A stretch of DNA of 64,000 nt from Myxococcales bacterium (GCA_028287105.1 JAQBQH010000274.1:8215-72214), one strand, 5' to 3'; positions 9,617 to 18,605 are shown, counted from the stretch's first letter. Made by a program: numbers and translations. Notes: generated from the sequence alone by a model not told the origin.

Positions 9617-9641
9617 GCCCCCGACGGGAAGGGTCGGGGGC
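9617..9641 (+). terminator. Rho-independent-type terminator hairpin
   Basis: GCCCCCGAC-gggaagg-GTCGGGGGC (9-bp perfect stem) followed by tgtctcgatctt, 22 nt after the stop codon. Confidence 0.6.
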
Positions 9642-9725
9642 TGTCTCGATCTTGTCTGACAACTATCGAGAATTGTTGCGACAGCTGTCGCGCGTGCTTA
9701 CGCTATCCTTCGGGGTGGTGATTCA

Positions 9726-10109
9726 ATGAGTGCGGCGGCGGCACCAATCCGCGCAGCGCCCGTGATCCTGGTCGTGGAAGACGACCATGACTCGCGCGTG
9801 ATGCTTCGCTCGGTCTTGGAGGACGCCGGTTACGTCGTCCAGTCCGCCGCAAATGGCCGCGTCGCTCTCGAGCTGCTCGCCTCCAGCGAGACGAAACCGC
9901 AGCTCGTGATCGTCGATCTGAACATGCCGGTGATGGACGGCTGGCAGTTGATGAGCCATCTGCGCCAGCATGCGGAGCTGGCGCTGATCCCGGTGGGCAT
10001 TCAGTCGGCGGATGAAGACTCGACGCTCCCCGACGGCGTGTCGTTCGTGTTGCACAAGCCGATCGATGTCGCCGCGCTACTCGCGATCGTCAAACACCAT
10101 TGCGGGTAG
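9726..10109 (+). CDS. Single-domain response regulator (receiver)
   Basis: ILVVEDDHDSR ... VIVDLNMPVMDG ... HKP: the canonical DD / D / K receiver residues. Confidence 0.85.
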   Translation: MSAAAAPIRAAPVILVVEDDHDSRVMLRSVLEDAGYVVQSAANGRVALELLASSETKPQLVIVDLNMPVMDGWQLMSHLRQHAELALIPVGIQSADEDSTLPDGVSFVLHKPIDVAALLAIVKHHCG

Positions 10110-10118
10110 GGCTGCCCT

Positions 10119-10337
10119 CTAGCCTTTGGCGGTGAACTGATTGCAGTAGTCGAGCAGCTCCCTAGCGGTCGTGTATACCGCTTCGGCCTGCGCCTGATCG
10201 ATGTTCGGTGAAACGAGCAGCTCCTCGATTCGCACGATCGTGTGCTGAATGCGCTCCACGATTTCCATCGCGAAGTGCCGGGTGTGCGCGTGTCGCAGCT
10301 CGGTCGCCAACGCGCGCAGCTCGCTACGAGTCGGCAT
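10119..10337 (-). CDS. Hypothetical small helical protein (72 aa)
   Basis: Track ORF with GC3-rich codons. Its start overlaps the upstream ORF by 14 nt. I recognise no motif. Confidence 0.45.
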   Translation of the reverse strand: MPTRSELRALATELRHAHTRHFAMEIVERIQHTIVRIEELLVSPNIDQAQAEAVYTTARELLDYCNQFTAKG

Positions 10338-10572
10338 CGGCCCGTCCTCGCGTCGGCAGACCAGACTCGTCCGCGACGGTGATCAGGGCGTCGATCTGCG
10401 CCAGCAGCATGCGCGCCTTGCCGGCGCTCAGCCCGCCCGACGAGAGGCCATCGAGATCGATCAGGCAGCGCTGTGCAGTCTGCGCCAACCACTCCGGGAC
10501 CCGCGAATGCTCGAGCGCCGCGCTCAGCCGAGCGCGCGCGTTCAACAGTCGTTCATGGAGAGCAGCATCCAT
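10324..10572 (-). CDS. Hypothetical small helical protein (82 aa)
   Basis: Track ORF with GC3-rich codons. GAGGA lies just upstream of the ATG. I recognise no motif. Confidence 0.45.
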   Translation of the reverse strand: MDAALHERLLNARARLSAALEHSRVPEWLAQTAQRCLIDLDGLSSGGLSAGKARMLLAQIDALITVADESGLPTRGRADADS

Positions 10573-10780
10573 TCCTCATATCCCACTCACCCCCTTTCTT
10601 TTCCGTAGCAGTATGGACGCAATGATTCAATTTCATTCGCAATGTCAGACAAATGGCGCGCAAGCAGTGCACGCGAATGTCCTTATTTCGAAGTGGAGGA
10701 GAGAGGGTTTGCGAATGGAGGTATGCGCAGGTTTGACACGAGTTGCGGCAGGCGCAGTCGAGACGGAAGAGCGTCGAGCG

Positions 10781-11080
10781 TCAGCGTTCCGGCCAACGGA
10801 CGGTGGCGTCGGGATGAAGCGCGAGCACCGCGGCGGGCTTCCAGACGTCTGACGGCTCGCCCTCCCACGGGCCACCGAGCTCGACGCGCAAGCCGGGCCA
10901 GCGCGCTTCGATTCCGCTCCATTCGTAGCGGCCCGAAAGCCATCGGCCACTCGCGATCAGGAGCTCGATCGTATCGCCCGCCACGATGCGCCTGCCGTCG
11001 AGGAAGTGCGCTCGTTGACCGTCGACGGTCCGGAGCTCCAATCGACCCACTCGCGATTGCACGACCGCCAGCTGTGCCAC
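10781..11080 (-). CDS. Hypothetical protein, DUF5348-like (recalled by eye)
   Basis: LDGRRIVAGDTIELLIASGRWLSGRYEWSG resembles the G..L..G..IE.L..G.W..GR.E core I recall for DUF5348. Not verified. Confidence 0.45.
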   Translation of the reverse strand: MAQLAVVQSRVGRLELRTVDGQRAHFLDGRRIVAGDTIELLIASGRWLSGRYEWSGIEARWPGLRVELGGPWEGEPSDVWKPAAVLALHPDATVRWPER

Positions 11081-11218
11081 AAATTGGGCGTACGCACGAT
11101 TACACGCTTCGCAAGGAGTATCCCGCTACGAATCCGAAAGTCCCCCTTCCATCGTCGGCCGCGCTCGTCGCTAGAATGGCCATGTACCGTCCGAGCCGCT
11201 TCGGGCATCCTAGATCGC

Positions 11219-12991
11219 ATGGCCAACCCCCGCGGCGCGACGCTCTTGCGTCTGCTGCGCCTCGCGAAACCCGAACGTGGCCTGATGGCGTGGGGCCTGG
11301 TGATGTTGGCGGTCGGAAGCCTGACCAGTCTTCTGTATCCGCAGGGAATGCGCCTGGTGATCGACACCGCGATCGGCCAGGTGCCCGAGTTCGTCAAGCG
11401 TCTCGGCCTGACCCGCGCGCAGCTCGTGAACTGGGCGGCGCTGGCGATGGGCGTGGTGGCGCTCCTGCAGGCGGCCGCGGCGGCGGCGCGCTTCTACCTG
11501 TTCACGATCGCGGGCGAGAAGACGGTCACGCGCCTGCGCGGCGATCTCTACCGCCGAATCCTCGATCAGGAGGTCGCGTTCTTCGACGGCGAGCGCACCG
11601 GCGAGCTGATGAACCGGCTCTCGGGCGACGCGACGGTGCTGCAGAGCGCGGTGAGCGCCAACATCTCGATGGGGCTGCGCAACCTGGTGCAGGCGCTCGG
11701 CGGCATCGTGCTTTTGGTGATCACCTCGCCGGCGCTGGCGGCGATGATGATGGCGGTGGTGCCGGCCATCGCGCTCTCGGCGGTGGCATACGGGCGGCGC
11801 GTGCGGCGGCTCTCGAAAGAGGTGCAGGATCGCCTGGCCGAGGCGGGCGCGGTCGCCGAGGAGACCCTGTCGGGGCTGCGCACGGTGCGCTCGTTCGCCG
11901 CCGAAGGCATCGAGCACAAGCGCTATCGTCGCGCGCTCGACGAAGCGTTCGAGCTGACCAAGACGCGCACGCGCGCCAGCTCGACCTTCTTCGCGTCGGT
12001 GTCGTTCGCCGGCTACGCCGCGGCGGCGCTGGTGTTCTGGTACGGCGGCAAGCAGGTCTCCGAAGGACGGATGTCGGCCGGGCAGCTGACGTCGTTCCTG
12101 GTCTATACGCTCATCGTCGGCTTCGCGCTGGGCTCGCTCGCCGATCTGTGGGCCGACTTCATGAAGGCGGTCGGCGCGGCCGATCGCGTCTTTGCGCTCC
12201 TCGATCGCTCGCCCGCGATCGCACCGTCGGGCGGCGAGAGGCCGGCCAGGGTCGACGGCCACGTCGAGCTGACCCAGGTCAGCTTCGCCTATCCGACGCG
12301 GCCCGAGATGACGGTGCTCGATCGACTCGATCTGCAGTTGCGTCCGGGCGAAGTGATGGCGGTGGTGGGACCGTCCGGGGCGGGCAAGTCGACCATCGCG
12401 GCGCTCCTGGCGCGCTTCTACGATCCCGAGCGCGGCACCGTGCGGCTCGACGGGCGCGATCTGCGCACGCTCGATCCCGATTGGCTGCGGCGGCAGATCG
12501 GCGCCGTCGCGCAGGAGCCGATCCTGTTCTCCACCAGCGTCGCGGAAAACATCCGCTACGGGCGTCCGGACGCGACCGACGAAGAGGTCCACGCCGCCGC
12601 GCGCGCCGCCAACGCCGACGACTTCATTCGCGCGTTCCCCGACGGCTACCGGACGCTGGTCGGCGAGCGCGGCGTCCAGCTCTCGGGCGGCCAGAAGCAG
12701 CGGGTCGCGATCGCGCGCGCCGTGCTCAAGGATCCGCGCATCCTCATCCTCGACGAAGCCACGTCGGCGCTCGACGCCGAGAACGAGCATCTGGTGCGCG
12801 AGGCGCTCGAGCACCTCATGAAGGGGCGCACCACGCTGGTGATCGCGCACCGCCTGTCGACGGTCATCGGCGCCGCTCGCGTGATTGTGCTCGACCACGG
12901 CCGCGTCGTGCAGTCGGGCACCCACGCCGCGCTCATGTTGGAAGAGGGCCTCTACCGACGGCTGGTCGAGCGGCAGTTCGTCGCCGCCTGA
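11219..12991 (+). CDS. ABC exporter, fused permease/ATPase (MsbA/MdlB-like)
   Basis: Six-TM N-terminal domain, Walker A GPSGAGKST, signature LSGGQKQR, Walker B ILILDEATSALD. Start ATG 11219 within track ORF 11006..12991. Confidence 0.9.
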   Translation: MANPRGATLLRLLRLAKPERGLMAWGLVMLAVGSLTSLLYPQGMRLVIDTAIGQVPEFVKRLGLTRAQLVNWAALAMGVVALLQAAAAAARFYLFTIAGEKTVTRLRGDLYRRILDQEVAFFDGERTGELMNRLSGDATVLQSAVSANISMGLRNLVQALGGIVLLVITSPALAAMMMAVVPAIALSAVAYGRRVRRLSKEVQDRLAEAGAVAEETLSGLRTVRSFAAEGIEHKRYRRALDEAFELTKTRTRASSTFFASVSFAGYAAAALVFWYGGKQVSEGRMSAGQLTSFLVYTLIVGFALGSLADLWADFMKAVGAADRVFALLDRSPAIAPSGGERPARVDGHVELTQVSFAYPTRPEMTVLDRLDLQLRPGEVMAVVGPSGAGKSTIAALLARFYDPERGTVRLDGRDLRTLDPDWLRRQIGAVAQEPILFSTSVAENIRYGRPDATDEEVHAAARAANADDFIRAFPDGYRTLVGERGVQLSGGQKQRVAIARAVLKDPRILILDEATSALDAENEHLVREALEHLMKGRTTLVIAHRLSTVIGAARVIVLDHGRVVQSGTHAALMLEEGLYRRLVERQFVAA

Positions 12992-13008
12992 CCCGCGTCT
13001 GGCCGGTA

Positions 13009-13314
13009 CTAGGGCAGCGCGCGTTCCAGCTCGTCGACGAGCTGGGAGAGCCGCGCCAATTGCGCCGCGCACTCTCCGGGAGCCGTGGTGCCCGTCTCGA
13101 CGGCACGTGCGGTGCGCATGACCTCGCGCGCCCGTTGCGACAGCTCGGCGAACCCAATCATCGCCGCCTCGCCGCTGATGCTGTGCAGGTGGAACGCGAG
13201 CGCCCGCGCGGCGGCCGCGGCGTCGTCACCGTCGAGCGCCGGCACCGTCGCCAGACGCTCGCGCGCCGAATGGATGAAGCGCCGTCCGTAGCGCGCCATC
13301 AGGTCCGAGCTCAT
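13009..13314 (-). CDS. Stand-alone Hpt (histidine phosphotransfer) protein
   Basis: LAFHLHSISGEAAMIGF matches the H-x-x-K/S-G-x-A Hpt motif. 101 aa. ATGA overlap with the upstream gene. Confidence 0.75.
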   Translation of the reverse strand: MSSDLMARYGRRFIHSARERLATVPALDGDDAAAAARALAFHLHSISGEAAMIGFAELSQRAREVMRTARAVETGTTAPGECAAQLARLSQLVDELERALP

Positions 13315-14423
13315 GCGGGCTCTTCGCCCAGCAGCGCCTTGACGCGGCGGACCATCTCGTTGAGGCCCGCCCCTTTGTAGATGTAGCCGTCGACCTCGGC
13401 CGCTTGCGCGCGCTGGGCCAGCTCCGCCTCGTCGAGGATCGAGAACAGCAACACCGGAACCGTCACCTTGCGCAGGCCGCGCAGCACGTTGGCGACATCG
13501 TCGCCGTACGCCTCGGGCATCTGGACGTCGAGGAGGATGAGGTCCGGCTGCTCACGCTCGAGGAGCCGGCCCATCTCGCCGAGGTCGCTGGTGGCGAATG
13601 ATTGAAAGCCCGCCGCCTCGAGGGCGTCGTGGGCAAGCTCGAGCATCATCGGGCTGTCGTCGACGACGAGGATCTTCTTGCGCGCCCGCCCGACGAGGGC
13701 CGGCTCCTTGACCGCCAGCCCCTGGAGCGTCGTGCACAGGTCGATCACTTCCATGGGCTTGTTCAGATACAGGTCGACACCCGCCGCCAAAAAGGCGTCG
13801 CGCGCCTCGGCGCCCGCGACGCTGATCCCGACGATAGGCAGGCCCGCGTGTCGCGGCTCGGCGCGGATGGCGGCGACGAGCTCAGCGCCGCTCTTGCCCG
13901 GCAACAGGTGGTCGATGATGGCGAAGTCGTACTGCCCGCGCGCCAGCAGCTCCGCGGCCTGCTCGGCGTCGACGGCGACGTCGATGCTCGAGGCCGGCCC
14001 GATGCGCGTGCGCCGGCGGAAGGTGTACGAGAAGATCTCGCGAACGATCAAGCTGTCGTCGACGACGAGCCCGCGCAAGCTGACGCCGCGCGCCGCCGCC
14101 GCCGTGTCGCCGCGCGCCAGCAGCGCCTCGAGCGCCTGCCGGTCCGCGGGATTGTCGAACGACAGCTCGGCGCGAACGCCGGCGAATGCGCCGGGAGCGG
14201 CCGCCGCCTCGTGCGCGAGGACACAGCCGGACGCATGCACCGGCCGCAAAAGCTTGGGAAACGACAACACGATCGAGATGCGCGTCCCGACCGGCGGCGG
14301 TCGATCGAGCTGGATGCGCGCGATCGACGTCGACACCTCCGTCGTGTGCGAGATGGTCGTGGTCGTCCCATCACGGACTTCGGCGCGCAAGAGCAGTCGG
14401 TGCGTTCGACCTTCCATCGTCAT
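13311..14423 (-). CDS. PilZ-like domain + two receiver domains
   Basis: Start MTMEGR (ATG 14421-14423) within track ORF 13311..14999. N-terminal RLLLR (RxxxR) beta-barrel-like domain. REC1 is LVVDDSLIVRE...FAIIDHLLPG...NKP. REC2 is ILVVDDSPMM...LILLDVQMPEAYG...YKG. Confidence 0.75.
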   Translation of the reverse strand: MTMEGRTHRLLLRAEVRDGTTTTISHTTEVSTSIARIQLDRPPPVGTRISIVLSFPKLLRPVHASGCVLAHEAAAAPGAFAGVRAELSFDNPADRQALEALLARGDTAAAARGVSLRGLVVDDSLIVREIFSYTFRRRTRIGPASSIDVAVDAEQAAELLARGQYDFAIIDHLLPGKSGAELVAAIRAEPRHAGLPIVGISVAGAEARDAFLAAGVDLYLNKPMEVIDLCTTLQGLAVKEPALVGRARKKILVVDDSPMMLELAHDALEAAGFQSFATSDLGEMGRLLEREQPDLILLDVQMPEAYGDDVANVLRGLRKVTVPVLLFSILDEAELAQRAQAAEVDGYIYKGAGLNEMVRRVKALLGEEPA

Positions 14424-14452
14424 CTGCCCCCTCCGTACCGACCGTTCCGGCC

Positions 14453-15031
14453 TTACCGGATGACGCGCGCCAGTCGCAACAGCTCGCTGGAGAATGCCGC
14501 GCCCTCTTCTTTGCTGGCCGGCAGGTTGACGGTGATCGTCGTCTTGCCGTCGAACATGAACACGCCGAGCGAAAAGCCGGCGGTGAGCTGCTCCTCGCGC
14601 GAGGCGACGGTGAGGATGTGCACGCGGCGGCTCTCCTCGCGAATCGCGTTTTGCTCCGACTCGAGCCCCGGGCAGACGTAGAGCGCGTCGATGCCCTGGC
14701 CGGTGACGGCGCCATGCAGGGCGTCCTTGCCGCTGTAGGCGAGCTTGACCACCCGCAGCGGCAGGTTCTGCACCTTGACGCCTTCGATGGCCTTCAACGC
14801 GCGGACCATCCCGTCGGCAGCGCCTTCGCTGGCGGATTGGCCGGACTTGAAGACGACGGCGACGACGATCGCGTCGCCGGCGCGCGCGCGCAGGTTGTCG
14901 TCGTAGGCGAGCGCGCGGGCGAGGATGACCGCCTGCTTGTCGGGGGAGACCTGGTCGGCACGAGCCGATCGCGGCATCAGGCACGCGACCAGGAGGCACG
15001 GGGCAACGATATGGCGAAGCTTGACCATCAA
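14453..15031 (-). CDS. YfiR/DUF4154-like periplasmic protein
   Basis: Signal peptide plus FLARALAYDDNL-type start, VKLAYSG, ALYVCPG and GFSLGVFMFDGKTTITVNLPASKEEGAAFSSELLRLARVI, the pattern I associate with DUF4154. Confidence 0.65.
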   Translation of the reverse strand: MMVKLRHIVAPCLLVACLMPRSARADQVSPDKQAVILARALAYDDNLRARAGDAIVVAVVFKSGQSASEGAADGMVRALKAIEGVKVQNLPLRVVKLAYSGKDALHGAVTGQGIDALYVCPGLESEQNAIREESRRVHILTVASREEQLTAGFSLGVFMFDGKTTITVNLPASKEEGAAFSSELLRLARVIR

Positions 15032-15035
15032 GATA

Positions 15036-17039
15036 TTAGCGGTAATCCAGCGCCACGAAGATCACGGTGCCGAGAACACTCGTCCCCGGCAGCGGCGACT
15101 CGACGTGGTCGTGGGGCAAATTGGAGCGGACCTTCAGTGACAGCCAGAGCGGGATGCGCCGGGTCAGCTGGTAGCTGGCCGCGCCCTCGACGCGCGCCTC
15201 GTGGTCGACGACGGTCGAGAGCAGGAGCGGCGGAATGCCCGCGCGCAGATTGTAGTGGCGCGGCGAGTTGTAACCGGCGCCGAGCGACAGCGTCAGCCGT
15301 CCGTCGACGAGCGTGCTGCGCGCGCCGAGCCAGGCGCTGATGGTGGAGTTCTGGTCGGGGTTGCCCACCGTCGGTGAGATGTCGCCGGCGTAGGAGAGCC
15401 AGAACAGCCCGGTCACGTTCGCCTCGATGATGAGCTGGCGCAGCGCCTGGTAGGTCGCCTCCAGCTCGGCGCCCAGGATCCAGCGCGACTGTTTCTCGTT
15501 CTCGAACGTGCGGCGCACGAGCGGCTGGAAGTCCTCGACCATCAAGTTCGAGAGCTGCGACGTGAAGACCGTCGGCTTGATGGTCAGCTTCGACATCGGC
15601 GCGACGATGGCGCCCAGCTCGATCGACGTGATGCGCGGCGGGTTGAGCCCCGGGGTCCCTTCGATGAGGATGAGGTTGGTCGCCGGATCGACGAAGCGAC
15701 TGGCCACCTCGACGTACGTCGGGTCGCGATACGCGGTGCCGGCGGTGAGGCGCAGCGCGTACTTCGCCGCGTGATAGATGATCGATCCGCGGCCGGCGAA
15801 CTGGAGCCCGTTCGACACCGCCGAAGCGTCGCCGCGCACGGCCGCGGCGAGCGACACATGATTCCACAGCTCGAGCCCGGCGTCGGCGTAGAAGCCGTAG
15901 CGTGGGCGCAGCCGCCCGGTCTCTTGCGGGTGGAGGAAGGGCGCGTCGACGTACTCGATGCCGCCATTACCGCCGAGCGCCAGCTTGAAGTGGTGCGGAA
16001 AGACGAGGCGCACATCGGCGCCCAGCTCTTCGTCGCCGCTGTTGGCGCCGCGGTAGGTGAAGCCGGTGAAGCTCTGCCGCGAGTCGATCGTGAGCGCGCG
16101 GACGCGCTCCCAGATCTCGAGCGACTCGACGACCGGCGACAGCTCGCGCATGACGACGCGCACCGCGCCGAACACCTGCGTGTTGTCCTGTGGCAAGGAG
16201 TCGAGCACCAGATGGTCGAGCGAGCTGCGCCGGCTGAACGAGCCGCCAAGCTCGAGGCTGATCGTGGTGGTCGGCGTCGCCGCGTACTGCAGGAAGGCGG
16301 TACCGCCGCCGAGCCCCCAGGCCGGCGTGCCCGAGCCGGCGGCGAAGGTATTGTCGTAGCGGCCGTTGAGGCTGAGGCGGCCGGAGAACTTGCCGCGCGT
16401 GCCGCTGACGCTCGCCGCCGCCGAGCCCACCGCGCGACCGGCGCTGTCGACGCCGGCCCCGATGTGCGCCAACACTTTGCTGGCGCCCTCGGCCGGGGCG
16501 ATCGAGACGATGTTGATCACTCCGGTATAGGCGTCGGGTCCATAGATGGTGCTCACCGGTCCACGGACGATCTCGATGCGATCGATCTGCTCGAGATCGA
16601 TCGGGATCGCTCCCCAATCGACGTTGCCGTCGATACGACTATTTAGCGGAATGCCGTCGAGCAGGACGACGACGTTGTTGCCGGTGAGCCCGCCCGTGCC
16701 GCGCAAGGAGACCAGGAAGTCGCCCGCCGCCAGCTCGAGCACCTGGACGCCGGCGACATTGCGCAAAAGGTCGGGGAGGGTCGTCGCCGCCGATTGGCGA
16801 ATCTGCTCCTTGTCGAGGACGGTCACCGTCGCGGGCGCGGTGAGCACGCTCTCCTCGGTGCGCGAGGCCGCCGTTACCTTACCGAGGAGCTGCTCCAGAT
16901 CGAGCTCCTCTATGTTGCGCACCTGAGGCTCCGGTTCGTCGGCGGTGGCGTCGAGGCCGCACCAGCCGATGAGAACGCCGAAAGTCAGAAGCGCGGCAAT
17001 GACCGAGGGTGGTCTGCGACGTACTTCGAGGCGAGGCAC
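15036..17039 (-). CDS. TonB-dependent outer-membrane receptor
   Basis: Signal peptide, then the plug domain (TVTVLDKEQIRQSAATTLPDLLRNVAGVQV...RGTGG...VLLDGIPLN...IEIVRGPVSTIYG), then a 22-strand-sized barrel ending ...VALDYR. Confidence 0.9.
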   Translation of the reverse strand: MPRLEVRRRPPSVIAALLTFGVLIGWCGLDATADEPEPQVRNIEELDLEQLLGKVTAASRTEESVLTAPATVTVLDKEQIRQSAATTLPDLLRNVAGVQVLELAAGDFLVSLRGTGGLTGNNVVVLLDGIPLNSRIDGNVDWGAIPIDLEQIDRIEIVRGPVSTIYGPDAYTGVINIVSIAPAEGASKVLAHIGAGVDSAGRAVGSAAASVSGTRGKFSGRLSLNGRYDNTFAAGSGTPAWGLGGGTAFLQYAATPTTTISLELGGSFSRRSSLDHLVLDSLPQDNTQVFGAVRVVMRELSPVVESLEIWERVRALTIDSRQSFTGFTYRGANSGDEELGADVRLVFPHHFKLALGGNGGIEYVDAPFLHPQETGRLRPRYGFYADAGLELWNHVSLAAAVRGDASAVSNGLQFAGRGSIIYHAAKYALRLTAGTAYRDPTYVEVASRFVDPATNLILIEGTPGLNPPRITSIELGAIVAPMSKLTIKPTVFTSQLSNLMVEDFQPLVRRTFENEKQSRWILGAELEATYQALRQLIIEANVTGLFWLSYAGDISPTVGNPDQNSTISAWLGARSTLVDGRLTLSLGAGYNSPRHYNLRAGIPPLLLSTVVDHEARVEGAASYQLTRRIPLWLSLKVRSNLPHDHVESPLPGTSVLGTVIFVALDYR

Positions 17040-17206
17040 GGCCGTAATATACAGCTACTTTCAAAATAATGGCTATTTTCTGTAGCACTACATAAAGAGT
17101 TTCTGGTTTACACGCTCGCACCTTGGCCACCGCGACGCGGGCGCTGACGGCCACCGCACCTCGACGGTGACCGGTGCGGCATTTTGTCGCATGGCTGGTA
17201 ACTCTC

Positions 17207-17236
17207 TTGACACGGTATTCAGCTTCGCTTTATTCT
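17207..17236 (+). promoter_or_regulatory. Candidate sigma-70-type promoter (TTGACA-N18-TATTCT)
   Basis: -35 at 17207-17212 and -10 at 17231-17236, about 34 nt upstream of the lipoprotein ATG 17270, which has an AGGAGAG RBS. Confidence 0.3.
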
Positions 17237-17269
17237 GCGGCGCGGGCGAGTCCTCTTAGGAGAGTGCAT

Positions 17270-17944
17270 ATGGGTGCTTGGGTGCGATTTGTGGGCGTAA
17301 TGGCGATCGGGGCGACGGTGGGCGGCTGCGGTGGAACCGACTCCACGACCCTCGACAAATGGGTCGGCAGCGTGCGGCATCTGCGCGTCACCGGCTTCAT
17401 GATGGGCGAGAAGCTCGACATCAACCTCGCCACGCCGGATGCGAACGACATGACCAAGCTGTGGTGCGAGCGCGAATATCAGGTCCCCAACGATGCCAAC
17501 AGCATGCCGAACTATGCCGGCGGCCACAACTCCGAGATCCGCATCAAGGGCCAGGTCGTCGTCAATGGCCAGGCGCGGTTGCTCGACTTCGGGCTGAAGC
17601 GGCACAACTGGCAGGCCCAGACCGCGGGCACCGCCGTGCCGGTCATCCCGCGCGACGACGCGAACTCGCCGTGTGGGCTCGCCGGCTGCACCAACGACAG
17701 CATGTGGCTCTCGTGGACGTGGCGTAATCCGGCCGACAACAGCGTCACCTACAAGTCGGCGGCGCAGAGTGGCAGCGTTACCCTGGGCGAGTATGTCGGT
17801 ACGCCCGACACGACCGGCCTCCTGATCCCCGCCGGTACCGGCAACGTGGGCGGATTCGCCAAGGGCCAGTGGTCGGCGACCGACAGCATCTCGGCCTCCT
17901 TCGACGCCAACTGCTTGAAAAACGTAATCGACAACAGCTACTGA
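17270..17944 (+). CDS. Lipoprotein of unknown function (first gene of the che-like operon)
   Basis: ATG 17270 follows AGGAGAG. Signal MGAWVRFVGVMAIGATVGGC. I recognise no domain. Confidence 0.65.
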   Translation: MGAWVRFVGVMAIGATVGGCGGTDSTTLDKWVGSVRHLRVTGFMMGEKLDINLATPDANDMTKLWCEREYQVPNDANSMPNYAGGHNSEIRIKGQVVVNGQARLLDFGLKRHNWQAQTAGTAVPVIPRDDANSPCGLAGCTNDSMWLSWTWRNPADNSVTYKSAAQSGSVTLGEYVGTPDTTGLLIPAGTGNVGGFAKGQWSATDSISASFDANCLKNVIDNSY

Positions 17945-17946
17945 GG

Positions 17947-18603
17947 ATGAGGCGCGCGCTCTTGCCGAGCTGGCTCGGGATCGTGTTCGTCGCGTCGATG
18001 AGCGCCGGCTGCCTCGGCGACTTTCAGACGCCGTCTGCCTACCAGTCGCAGATCTATTACTGCGAGACCGCGAACGCGCCGGCGTTCCAGGCGCTGGCGC
18101 AATCGTGCCAGTCGGCGGGCATCTGTACGGGAGCGCTGAGCATGCGCGGCACCATGCAGGGCCAGCCGCTCACCGTCGGGACTACGCTGCAGCAGTCGAC
18201 GGTGGCGCTGGTGCAGGCGAACGCGATGGCGCCGGCGTTCTGGGACGTGCTGAGGCTGACCGGCGCGTCGCCGTACTTCGAGTTCGTTCTCCACATCAAG
18301 AGCGTCGGCGGCGACGTGACCGTCGACGAAGCGCGCACGCTCAGCCTGCGCGCCGGCGCCGGCGCCTTGCCGACGTCGCTCGACGACAACCTCAGCGACG
18401 TCGGCCAGACGCTGCAGGTGGGTGGCGCCAACGCGGAGCAGCAGGGGCTGAGCGACTCGGGAAGCATCGTGCTCACCAAGCTCACCAAGGCCGAGATCGA
18501 CGGCGTCTTCCACGGCAGCTTCGGCACCACCAACGATGTCGTCGACGGCTGCTTCATCATGTATCCCGATCAAATCGTCACGAACCCGTTGCCGTCGCCC
18601 TGA
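17947..18603 (+). CDS. Lipoprotein of unknown function
   Basis: ATG 17947 lies 3 nt after the previous stop. Signal MRRALLPSWLGIVFVASMSAGC. Confidence 0.65.
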   Translation: MRRALLPSWLGIVFVASMSAGCLGDFQTPSAYQSQIYYCETANAPAFQALAQSCQSAGICTGALSMRGTMQGQPLTVGTTLQQSTVALVQANAMAPAFWDVLRLTGASPYFEFVLHIKSVGGDVTVDEARTLSLRAGAGALPTSLDDNLSDVGQTLQVGGANAEQQGLSDSGSIVLTKLTKAEIDGVFHGSFGTTNDVVDGCFIMYPDQIVTNPLPSP

Positions 18604-18605
18604 GC

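Noticed and set aside
10119-10572. Overlapping small ORF pair considered as a toxin-antitoxin module
   Set aside because: Neither product shows any toxin or antitoxin family motif or a DNA-binding fold that I can recognise. Overlap alone is common in this window.
10642-13380. 912-aa plus-strand ORF, the longest ORF in this part of the track
   Set aside because: Its Arg/Ala/Gly/Pro-rich composition has no motifs. It runs out of frame across the well-supported ABC exporter (11219-12991) and antisense to the Hpt gene. This is the typical high-GC shadow frame.
17040-17170. Possible riboswitch (for example cobalamin) in the leader of the TonB-dependent receptor
   Set aside because: No B12-box-like core or conserved multi-stem architecture is visible on the minus strand. 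The region is mostly unstructured AT-rich sequence.
17193-17212. Sigma-54-like TGG-N9-TTGA upstream of the che-like operon
   Set aside because: The -12 element reads TTGA, not TTGC, and the -24 flank is poor. The TTGACA is better explained as a sigma-70 -35 box with TATTCT 18 nt downstream.
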